A DNA stretch of 64,000 bases from Deltaproteobacteria bacterium (GTDB lineage Bacteria; Myxococcota_A; Polyangia; Fen-1088). The position numbers were made by a program, and so were the translations under genes. A model generated the notes under the pieces. The model saw only the letters and a list, made by a program, of their open reading frames with translations, was not told where the DNA came from and ran no database searches. Location: NCBI GenBank assembly GCA_033763315.1, contig JANRKS010000034.1, positions 192,001 to 256,000 on the forward strand. The letters are read 5' to 3'. Position 1 is the first letter of the stretch. The number at the start of each line of letters is the position of its first letter. This document shows positions 1 through 8,107 of this stretch, in pieces.

Positions 1-780
1 TTGAATCACCATGGCCGCTGCGCCTGAGACGCCGAACCCGATCACAACCACGCGGCGGGCGCCGATGGATGTAAGCAAGGGCGCCTTATCTTTAGTTAAG
101 GCAGGCGTCACCCCCGCTTGTGCGATGAGCTCGTCCAGATCCTGCGTGAGTGGTTGGTGGCGTTGCCACCGCGACAACGCGAAAATGGCTGCGGCCAACA
201 AGACATTCACAGACGCGGCGATTTGATTTGTGTGCGCCAAACCAACACGCGGCAACAGCACGAAGCCAGCCATAAATGATCCGGTGAGGGCGCCGAATAG
301 ATTGAGCGCGTAAAGCGTTCCCAATTGACTGCCCACTTTGCGCAGCGCCGCCCCACGCTCCAACACCACCCGCGCCAAGATCGGCAACGTCGCGCCCATC
401 AACGTGGTGGGCAAGAGCAGTAGAGCGGCTGAGGCCGCGAAGCGCATCACAGACAGAAGGCCGTAATGGTCGCCAAACGACGTCCATAGCCACCGGTTCA
501 GGGGATCGTAATGCCCCACCAACCAAGGCACCACCAAAGCCCAAACACCGATGCCCGCTTCAGCCATCGCGTAGGCGCGCACCGGGTGTTTGAGTTTGTC
601 GGCATAACGGCCGGCGAGCCACGATCCCAAGCCCAAGCCGCCCATAAAGGCTGTAAGCACAGTGGAGATGGCGAGCGTCGTCGAGCCGAACACCAACGAC
701 AACATGCGCGTCCACAGCAACTCGAACACCAACCCGGATGCACCGGATAAGAAGAAACAGATGCGGATGGCGTTGCGCAT
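1..780 (-). CDS. Fused MFS-like membrane domain/spermidine synthase family protein, N-terminal part (runs off the window)
   Basis: Not in the ORF track. Read manually from ATG at 780: MRNAIRICFFLSGASGLVFELLWTRMLSLVFGSTTLAISTVLTAFMGGLGLGSWLAGR...LLLLPTTLMGATLP...GTLYALNLFGA. This is the characteristic N-terminus of the family, and the frame is open to position 1. Confidence 0.85.
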   Translation of the reverse strand, partial: MRNAIRICFFLSGASGLVFELLWTRMLSLVFGSTTLAISTVLTAFMGGLGLGSWLAGRYADKLKHPVRAYAMAEAGIGVWALVVPWLVGHYDPLNRWLWTSFGDHYGLLSVMRFAASAALLLLPTTLMGATLPILARVVLERGAALRKVGSQLGTLYALNLFGALTGSFMAGFVLLPRVGLAHTNQIAASVNVLLAAAIFALSRWQRHQPLTQDLDELIAQAGVTPALTKDKAPLLTSIGARRVVVIGFGVSGAAAMVIQ

Positions 781-836
781 GAGGCGCCGCACTTTACACC
801 GCCACGGGCGCTGTGCGCGGCTGGCGAATGGTGTGC

Positions 837-2657
837 TTAAGGCGCGCGCCGCAGACGGACCCGAACGCTGCCTGCGGCTTCAGGCGAGCCTGCGGGTGCC
901 TCAGGATCCGGACCCGCTTCGATCACTTCAAGCATCTCTTGTCGCGGCCGCGAACTGTCATAGATGAACCGGATCGCGAGGCCTTCGGGTTTGCGATCCA
1001 CCCAGACCGACCCAAAGCCCCCTTCACGCACGCGATAATGCCCGACCGGCAGCAATGATTTTGCCTTTGGCAGTTTCACCACCACGCCCGTCGGATCCTT
1101 GAGCGAATATTGAATCATCCCGTCCGTGGAGCCTGTGATGGCCACCGACGCCGTGGCGGTGGCTCCTGAAACGCGCAACGAGGGCCCCACGGGTTCGTCG
1201 GCCACGATGGCGGTTGCTGCTGCGGGCGCGGACGCGGATTCTGCGGTGCCGCTGCCGTGCTTGGCTGGCGTCCCTGGACGCCCCTGCTTCTCGAACGCCG
1301 CGGAGATCTCACGGTGAATGACGCCCTTGAGCCCCAACGTCGCAGCCTGAGTTGCCTCGGCCGCGCCCTTCGCTTGGCGGGCCAAACTGCGGGTCTCATC
1401 CAGATTCTTCCGCGTGTCTTCCAATACGGCGACTTGGCTTGTCAGACGCGCATCGATTCGTTGCGACACCATGACCCGATCGTAAATCAGCGCGGCGACC
1501 AAAATCGCTCCCAGGACCGGCCAGCCCCACGTCCACCACCAGGGGTTGCTGGCTCGACGCACCACCCGAGGCCGCGTGACACTGACGGTGGGCTCCAGAT
1601 CGATGGGATCTTCGATGGAGGCTTGCAGCACCTCGCGTGAATCAGAGGGATCCCCCGTGCGCATGGGCGTGGGCGTTTGAGGCGTCGGCGCGGGACGGCG
1701 CTCGCGAATGCGTGTGGGCTGTTGCCGGCGTCGCGGGGTGCGCGAAGGCGTGTGCAGGGGCAGGGGTGTGTTTGCAGCGGCTACGGCGGTGGCGGGCGCC
1801 GTGGGCATCTCAAGCGGCATCGTGGGTGCCACGCCTTTGTGCAAGATGAGGGTAGGTGCCGAAGGGCTGGGGTTGTACGGCGATTCGGGTTGGCCCACGC
1901 TCGCCGCCATCGCCTCGGGAACAGCGCTGCGGGCGGTGGTTTCCTCGGGACCGAATTCGCCTGTGCGGGGCGTGGAATCCGCCAGAAATTCGTTCGCCAA
2001 AGGGGCGGCCGATTCCGGCAACGCGACGTCCACGGCCAACCGAGGAATGCCGTCGCCTGGTTCAGGTTCAAGGTGCACGCGTTCGAGCGTTCCGTGCGTT
2101 TCGACGCGGCTGTCGCCCGCAATGAAAGAGACGTCCACAGCCGAATCCAACCGCAGAAAAGGCAACGACGTTTGTAGGCGCAGGCCGTCTTTGGTGACCA
2201 CCGCGCGGCTGCGCAGGGCCTCGGGCATGCCCTCGAAACGGACCTTCACCAAGCGTGAATGGTCGGAGCCGTTTTGCACCAAAGTGTGCAGGATGGCTTG
2301 ATCCGCGGCTTCGAGGTTCTCAAAGCAAATGCCGAGGCCTGTGGCCGCCGAAGGCATCGACTGCATGCGCGCCACGCGGCCTTTGAGGTAGCGGCGGCCG
2401 CCCGGCAGAGGGATGTCGCACAGCAGGCGGGTGCCCACGGGGCAGTCGTTGGTCGCGCGGTGTTCGGCTTCGAGAAAAACGCCCGTGGGGCTGAGGTTCA
2501 AGGAGCGGGCACGGATCGGCGTCCGGCCTCCCGGCCTCAAGATATGCACTTCCGCCGCATAATCCACGCGGGGTTGGGCTCTTTGAGACTCTGTCCTCAC
2601 AGCTTCCGTTTCCACTTTCTTGCGCCCGAACCTCCGGGGCGGCCGACAGTACCACAA
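837..2657 (-). CDS. PilZ-domain membrane protein with Pro-rich linker, one TM helix and a C-terminal AMIN-like domain
   Basis: RAQPR (RxxxR) and NLSPTG (D/NxSxxG) PilZ motifs; hydrophobic segment WWWTWGWPVLGAILVAALIY; C-terminal YSLKDPTGVVVKLP resembles AMIN domains. True start is probably somewhat downstream of 2657. Confidence 0.75.
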   Translation of the reverse strand: MWYCRPPRRFGRKKVETEAVRTESQRAQPRVDYAAEVHILRPGGRTPIRARSLNLSPTGVFLEAEHRATNDCPVGTRLLCDIPLPGGRRYLKGRVARMQSMPSAATGLGICFENLEAADQAILHTLVQNGSDHSRLVKVRFEGMPEALRSRAVVTKDGLRLQTSLPFLRLDSAVDVSFIAGDSRVETHGTLERVHLEPEPGDGIPRLAVDVALPESAAPLANEFLADSTPRTGEFGPEETTARSAVPEAMAASVGQPESPYNPSPSAPTLILHKGVAPTMPLEMPTAPATAVAAANTPLPLHTPSRTPRRRQQPTRIRERRPAPTPQTPTPMRTGDPSDSREVLQASIEDPIDLEPTVSVTRPRVVRRASNPWWWTWGWPVLGAILVAALIYDRVMVSQRIDARLTSQVAVLEDTRKNLDETRSLARQAKGAAEATQAATLGLKGVIHREISAAFEKQGRPGTPAKHGSGTAESASAPAAATAIVADEPVGPSLRVSGATATASVAITGSTDGMIQYSLKDPTGVVVKLPKAKSLLPVGHYRVREGGFGSVWVDRKPEGLAIRFIYDSSRPRQEMLEVIEAGPDPEAPAGSPEAAGSVRVRLRRAP

Positions 2658-2768
2658 CTCCCACCTTTGCCTCCATAGCCTTTGCGTAACGTTTCTGGGT
2701 GGTTTTGTTTGTCTTATGTGGCTTGGCCCCCGGCGCTGGGGGAAGCGTCTTGCTAGCTTGCCCGGTGT

Positions 2769-3113
2769 ATGCCGATGCCCACGGAAATCATTGGTCTTTT
2801 GCGCTCAAAGCTGACCTTCAAGTGGCCCGACGGCTGTGAAACGGTGATCGGTGCCCGGGATCTGCGCATGCGTTGCCATTGCGCTCAATGCGTGGATGAG
2901 CATACGGGTGAGCCCCTCCTCGACTCAGGCCGGGTGGGGCAAAACATTCGGGCCAAGAACATCCGGTTGGTGGGCCAATACGGCATCTCGATCGACTGGA
3001 CCGAATCGCCGTGCGCGAACATCTATACGTTTCGCGACCTGCGGGCGCTGTGTGATTGCGATGCGTGCAAGGCCCTTCGCGCGCAAGGCAAAAAGCCGGG
3101 CGGCGCTTCCTAG
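2769..3113 (+). CDS. DUF971 / gamma-butyrobetaine hydroxylase-like N-terminal domain protein
   Basis: WPDG...LRMRCHCAQCVDEHTGE...VGQYGISIDW...IYTFRDLR pattern. Confidence 0.85.
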   Translation: MPMPTEIIGLLRSKLTFKWPDGCETVIGARDLRMRCHCAQCVDEHTGEPLLDSGRVGQNIRAKNIRLVGQYGISIDWTESPCANIYTFRDLRALCDCDACKALRAQGKKPGGAS

Positions 3114-3934
3114 GGCGCTTGCAGTGTCGTTCGCACACGTTCGAGCAATCGCTTCGTTGCCAAGATTCCCTCCTCTTCGGGCAGGCCTTGGCCTTCGTAT
3201 TCGATGCCAACGTAGCCGCGGTAACCTGCGCCGAGGACGATGTTCATCATGCGTGCAAAATCGATTGAGGTCTCATTGCCCTCAGCATCGAAGGCGAAGC
3301 TCTTGGCGCTCACGGCTTTTGCAAACGGGGCCATGTCTGCCACACCTTGATAGCGATCGTAGGTTTCGGTGTCGCTGATGGCAAAGTTGCCGAAGTCAGG
3401 CAAGGTGCCGAGCCGCGGGTGATCGGCGTGCTTCATCAATTGCGCAAGCCAGGCGCCGTTCGACGAGAGGCCACCGTGGTTTTCGACCACGATGTTGATG
3501 CCAAAGTCGTCGGCGAATGTGCAAAGCGCCACCAGGCCGTCGGCCGCATAGGAAAGTTGTTCATCGAAGTTGCCCTCGCTGCGGGCGTTCACGCGGACGG
3601 CGTGGCAACCCAGGAACGCGGCGGCGGCGACCCACTTTTTGTGGTTCTCCACCGCCAGGGCGCGCGCCGCTGCGTTGGGATCGCCGAGCCTTCCTTCGTG
3701 ATCGACCATCATCAGCAGGCTCCAAACGCCTTCGCCCACGGCACGGCGCTTGAGCTCGGCCAGGAAAGCTCGGTCCTGCGCCTTGTCTGCAAAACACTGG
3801 TTCACATACTCGATGGCGTCGAAGCCCAATCGGTTCGCTACGCCAGCGAATGCCAGAACGTCGAGTGCTCCGCTCTTGAACGCGCGGTGGAGCGACCATT
3901 GCGCGAGCGAAATCTTGAACGCCGGTTGTGTCAT
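3110..3934 (-). CDS. Sugar phosphate isomerase/epimerase (xylose isomerase-like TIM barrel, AP_endonuc_2)
   Basis: KISLAQWSLHR, VENHGGLSS, LPDFGNF, SAKS, YVGIEYEG motifs. Confidence 0.9.
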   Translation of the reverse strand: MTQPAFKISLAQWSLHRAFKSGALDVLAFAGVANRLGFDAIEYVNQCFADKAQDRAFLAELKRRAVGEGVWSLLMMVDHEGRLGDPNAAARALAVENHKKWVAAAAFLGCHAVRVNARSEGNFDEQLSYAADGLVALCTFADDFGINIVVENHGGLSSNGAWLAQLMKHADHPRLGTLPDFGNFAISDTETYDRYQGVADMAPFAKAVSAKSFAFDAEGNETSIDFARMMNIVLGAGYRGYVGIEYEGQGLPEEEGILATKRLLERVRTTLQAP

Positions 3935-4047
3935 CGCAGTTCAAACTTTCCGTGTGGGTGGCTGTAGGGGTGCTGGATTGCCGTTGTTTACAGTGCTGGA
4001 TTCGGCCTAAGTGCCACCAGGTGTGCTACCGTTTTCCACTCTTCGTC

Positions 4048-4791
4048 ATGCGGTATGGCATCGTTTCCGACACACACGCGAACATTGAAGCACTTGAGGC
4101 CGTTTTCAAGGCCATGGCTTCAGAGTCGATTGATCGCTACGTCTGCTTAGGCGACACCGTTGGATATGGCGCCAGCCCCAACGAAACCTGCGATCTGATG
4201 CGCCAAAAGGTGGCGTTCTCCATCTTGGGGAACCACGACGCCGCCGTCGCCGGCCGCATGGATTACTCCTACTATTACTTCGCGGCTCGCCACGCGTTGG
4301 ATAAACACGCGCGCGAGCTCAAGCCCGACCACATGGAGTGGCTTAAGTCGTTGCCTTACGAGGTTCGTGAGGGCGACGTTCACTTCTGTCACGGCTCGCC
4401 GCTGAACATAGAAGAGTTCGACTATATCTTTGCGCGAGATCAGGCCGCGCAATGTATGCAAATTTGGGAGACGATGCCGGCGCTTACGGTGATTGGGCAC
4501 TCGCATTTGTGCAAGGCGTTCGCTTTGAACCCGAACCACGACCGCACCACATCGCAAGAGGTTGTGGCGCAGACGTTCGAGCTGCGGCCCGGCTGGAAAT
4601 ACATCATCAGCGTGGGCTCTGTGGGGCAGCCGCGCGATTTCGATCCGCGTGCCTCTTATGTCATCTACGACACCGACAAACGTGTGTTCGAGTTCAAGCG
4701 CGTGGAGTACGACGTGAAGTCCTCTGCCGACAAGATCTTGGCAACGGATCTGGAACCGAACTTCGGAACGCGCCTCTATTTGGGCATCTAG
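4048..4791 (+). CDS. Metallophosphoesterase (YfcE/MJ0936-like)
   Basis: SDTHAN, LGDTVGYG, GNHD, HGSP, GHSH, GSVGQPRD motifs; start taken at ATG 4048 (MRYGIVSD). Confidence 0.9.
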   Translation: MRYGIVSDTHANIEALEAVFKAMASESIDRYVCLGDTVGYGASPNETCDLMRQKVAFSILGNHDAAVAGRMDYSYYYFAARHALDKHARELKPDHMEWLKSLPYEVREGDVHFCHGSPLNIEEFDYIFARDQAAQCMQIWETMPALTVIGHSHLCKAFALNPNHDRTTSQEVVAQTFELRPGWKYIISVGSVGQPRDFDPRASYVIYDTDKRVFEFKRVEYDVKSSADKILATDLEPNFGTRLYLGI

Positions 4792-6206
4792 TTCGTCGTT
4801 ACCTTGGATCCGGTGGCGCGGGTCAAAGCTGACGCCGCCAGATCAAAATCATGCACGGCCTGTAGATAGCGGGCGCGCATGGTAAAGTAGGCCCTCAACG
4901 CGTCAGTGACCTCGCGGGTTTCGGCCAAGCCCAAATCCATCTTCTGAACGATGGCGGTGAGCCATCGACGTGACAGTTTCTCGCCTTTGGCCAGCGTCTC
5001 TATGCGGCTGTTGGCTTCGTTGAGCTCGATGTAAGCTTTGGAGACCTCGAAACCGATGCCACCCAAGGCTTCACGGCGGCGAAAGGCTGCTTCCTCGGCG
5101 TCGGCCAACGCTTTGGCGGCGCGCGCGTTGCGAGGCCCGAAGTCGAGCGGCACGCGCAAAGCGGCTGCCAAGCCGCCCGATAAAGTGTTGTACGGATCGT
5201 TTGCGAATGCGTTCTGCGGGTTGTCCACGGAGCTCGCGTAAGCGAAGGTGGCTGTGCCCACGATGGCGATGTCAGGCAATTGCTTGGCCCATTCGAGATC
5301 GGCTGACTTGCGTTTGCTGCGCACGAAGTAATCAAGAGCGCGCACTTCAGGCCGCGTCAGGCGTGCTTGTTCTTCGTAAAACGAAAGCGGCCGCGTTGGC
5401 ACGGCAAGTTTCTCGAGAGCTTGCGCGTCCACATCGATTTCGCGTGGCCCTTCAGGGCCGATGAGCGCGCGCAAACCAGCGCGTGCGATCTCAAGCCCGC
5501 GACCCACTTCCGACATTTGTGCTTCGACATCGGCGCGGGTACTTTGCAGGCGTAGCTTGTCGGTGATGGTCATGTTGCCGGCGCCTTCATCCAGATCTTT
5601 TTGCACCATGTCTTCGGCTTGCTGCACGTAGCCCAAGCCCTCTTTGAGCGTCGCTTGAAGTTCACGCGCCAACTTGAAGCCGTAGTAGGCGCGACGAACG
5701 TTGTAATCAAGCTCAGCGGCCATCGCTTGTTCACGCCCGCGGGAGGCCTCCACGCCGGCTTCTGCCGCTTCAACGCCTGCGGAGATCTTGCCGAAGGTGT
5801 AAACAGGCTGCGTGAACGTCAGTTGCGTGCGGGTGAAGACGCCGTCGAGTTTAAGCGTGGCGTCCCTGATGTCGGGTGTTGTGATGCAATTGTATGGATC
5901 GGGGCTGCACTTGATTTTGGGTGAAGGTGCGAGCAACGACGTAAGCTCGCCTGAAGGCAACCAATTGCGCTCGGCTTCACCCACTTGCGCACGCACCGAC
6001 GCGGTGGCGCGATCGCCGGCGCCAAGGCCTGGGTTGTAGCGACGTGCAAGTGCCAACAAGTCGTCCAAAGTGTAGACGCCCGTGGATGCTTGATCGGCGG
6101 CGTGGGCGGTGATGCCACCGTTGGCAAGAAGACAAAGCAGCAGCGATAGGCCCAAAAGACCGATCGGGTTTCGCCGGGGGCGTGGCGCGGGTTTGCACAT
6201 GACCAC
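4788..6206 (-). CDS. TolC family outer-membrane efflux protein
   Basis: Signal peptide; repeated OEP helical pattern (QPVYTFGK, VRRAYY, VSKAYIEL, LTRATG). Confidence 0.85.
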   Translation of the reverse strand: MVMCKPAPRPRRNPIGLLGLSLLLCLLANGGITAHAADQASTGVYTLDDLLALARRYNPGLGAGDRATASVRAQVGEAERNWLPSGELTSLLAPSPKIKCSPDPYNCITTPDIRDATLKLDGVFTRTQLTFTQPVYTFGKISAGVEAAEAGVEASRGREQAMAAELDYNVRRAYYGFKLARELQATLKEGLGYVQQAEDMVQKDLDEGAGNMTITDKLRLQSTRADVEAQMSEVGRGLEIARAGLRALIGPEGPREIDVDAQALEKLAVPTRPLSFYEEQARLTRPEVRALDYFVRSKRKSADLEWAKQLPDIAIVGTATFAYASSVDNPQNAFANDPYNTLSGGLAAALRVPLDFGPRNARAAKALADAEEAAFRRREALGGIGFEVSKAYIELNEANSRIETLAKGEKLSRRWLTAIVQKMDLGLAETREVTDALRAYFTMRARYLQAVHDFDLAASALTRATGSKVTTN

Positions 6207-6261
6207 GACACTCTACACGCTAAATCCGCCGTTTGACCGCCCCTTGGGGGCGTGGTAGCCG

Positions 6262-6771
6262 ATGCATGTGACAGATCCAACGGCGCCCGCTTTCACCCCA
6301 CGTGCTTCGCAAGTCGAGGCGGCACACATCGTGTTGCCCGGCGAGACGAACGCGCTTGGCACCATTTTTGGCGGCACCTTGATGCAATGGATAGATGTGG
6401 CGGGCGCGATTGCGGCCGCTCGCCATGCGTTGGGCCCTGTGGTGACGGCATCCATGGATCGATTGCATTTTTTACGTCCGGTGCATCTGGGCGCTGTGGT
6501 GATCGTGCAAGCGCAGGTCAACTTCGCTTCACGCACGTCCTTGGAAGTGGGTGTGCGCGTGCTCGCCGAAGATCAGCGGACACGTGTCCGCGTGCAGGCC
6601 ACGCGTGCCTATTTAACGTTCGTGGCGATCGATGAAGCAGGTGCGCCTCGGCCCATTGAACCTTTGATTTTAGAGACCGAGGAAGACAAACGCCGTTTTG
6701 AAGCGGCCTCGCGGCGACGCGCGGCACGCTTGGCAGAACGCCAAGAGGTATCGGGGAAACTCAATGGATAG
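6262..6771 (+). CDS. Acyl-CoA thioesterase (hotdog fold, YciA-like)
   Basis: NALGTIFGGTLMQWID, VVTASMD, RTSLEVGV, AYLTFVAID motifs. Confidence 0.92.
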   Translation: MHVTDPTAPAFTPRASQVEAAHIVLPGETNALGTIFGGTLMQWIDVAGAIAAARHALGPVVTASMDRLHFLRPVHLGAVVIVQAQVNFASRTSLEVGVRVLAEDQRTRVRVQATRAYLTFVAIDEAGAPRPIEPLILETEEDKRRFEAASRRRAARLAERQEVSGKLNG

Positions 6772-7753
6772 TGCTGCTGCCATCAACGCCGCGCGGACAC
6801 ACGCCGCATTTGTGGACGCTTTGCCCGTCGACCTCATTCAAGGCACGGGCGGCGATCGCATCGCTTTTCTGCACCGGCTGCTTTCGGGCAACGTTACGGG
6901 TGCGTTGGTGGGGGGCGGCTGCCACACGCTGCTTCTCAATCCCAAGGGGCACATCGTCAGCGACATCCAGTTACTGGTGGGTGACAGCTTCGTGCGCATG
7001 ATGGTCCCCGTTGGGCTGGGGCAAAGCACCGCAGACGCTTTGAACCGGTACGCGATCATGGATGATTTCGCGGCCGTGCCCGTGGCCGGTCAGCGCGTGA
7101 TGGGCGTGGTCGGGCCCCAAGCGGCTGCCGTTCTGCAGCGCGCGGGACTTTCCGTGCCGGCCGGGCTCATCGACGGCGCCGTGTGGTCGCACCACCCGGT
7201 CGCGTTTGCCGACCGCGAGGGGTGGGTGGCCCGGGTGCCGCAATGGGGTGGGATGGGTTTGCGGGTGGTGTTGCCCAAGGCTGCGGCCGCCTTGCTTTCG
7301 GACGCGCTGACGAAGGCGGGCGCGGCTCTGTTGGACGTGGCGGCGGCCGAAGCCCTGCGGGTCGCCTCGGGCGAGCTGAAGTTCGGCGTTGAGATCACGC
7401 CCGAGCGGTTCCCGATGGAACTGGGGCTCGACGACGCCATCGATTACGCGAAGGGCTGCTACCTCGGCCAGGAGCCGATTGTGCGCATCCGAGACCGCGG
7501 ACACGTGAATTGGCGGGTGGCTCGGTTGCGGTTCGGTTTGGGCGGGCCCGCTGTGGTTGCAGGCAACAAAATTGAGAGCGCCGTTCGGCCGGCGGCCGGG
7601 CATTTGACCAGCGTTGCCACCCTGCCGGCTGTGGGCGGGGAGCCGGCGGTGGGCGTGGCGCTTGGCCTCGTGCATGCCACGGTGCCTCCTGGGCCCGTGC
7701 GTTTGCTGACCGACGCCGGGGTGGTGGAAGCCGAAGTGCTTGCCCCCCATTGA
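6764..7753 (+). CDS. ygfZ: Folate-binding YgfZ/GcvT family Fe-S cluster maintenance protein
   Basis: Signature KGCYLGQE; start ATG 6764 overlaps the upstream gene end. Confidence 0.85.
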   Translation: MDSAAAINAARTHAAFVDALPVDLIQGTGGDRIAFLHRLLSGNVTGALVGGGCHTLLLNPKGHIVSDIQLLVGDSFVRMMVPVGLGQSTADALNRYAIMDDFAAVPVAGQRVMGVVGPQAAAVLQRAGLSVPAGLIDGAVWSHHPVAFADREGWVARVPQWGGMGLRVVLPKAAAALLSDALTKAGAALLDVAAAEALRVASGELKFGVEITPERFPMELGLDDAIDYAKGCYLGQEPIVRIRDRGHVNWRVARLRFGLGGPAVVAGNKIESAVRPAAGHLTSVATLPAVGGEPAVGVALGLVHATVPPGPVRLLTDAGVVEAEVLAPH

Positions 7754-7778
7754 GGAATTGAGCCTGTACCCGTATAAC
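7750..7778 (+). promoter_or_regulatory. Putative sigma70 promoter for the small basic ORF
   Basis: TTGAGG (7750-7755), 17-nt spacer, TATAAC (7773-7778). Confidence 0.5.
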
Positions 7779-7878
7779 TGCGCGCTCGACAAGCCCCTGC
7801 AACCCTCTGCCCCCTGGGCACGCCCCGGCCAACGATGTTGCCCGGAGCCACTAGCGACCGAAGAAGGAGATCAATTTC

Positions 7879-8016
7879 ATGGGAAAAGGTGACAACCGCG
7901 TTTCTCGCAAAATGCGCCGCAAGAACCGCCAAGCCAAAAAGAAGGCACGCGCGGCTCGCAAGAAGATCGCGAACAAAGTGCCCCCGAAGGGCAAGAGCAA
8001 GTCGAAGTCGGCCTAA
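7879..8016 (+). CDS. Small, highly basic 45-aa protein (possible bTHX/bS31-like ribosomal or nucleoid protein)
   Basis: Not in the ORF track. MGKGDNRVSRKMRRKNRQAKKKARAARKKIANKVPPKGKSKSKSA*; strong RBS AAGGAGA 8 nt upstream; fills the ygfZ-mutS gap. Confidence 0.75.
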   Translation: MGKGDNRVSRKMRRKNRQAKKKARAARKKIANKVPPKGKSKSKSA

Positions 8017-8107
8017 CGGCCTTCGCGCGCACGCGTAACTGTCGTCCTTCCCTGGGTTGCGTGCGGTGACTTCGTGCACCGCCGCTCCTTACGGACAAAC
8101 CGCGCCC

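Noticed and set aside
4788-6206. Orphan TolC as part of a novel secretion system
   Set aside because: No adaptor or inner-membrane pump is adjacent, and stand-alone tolC genes are common
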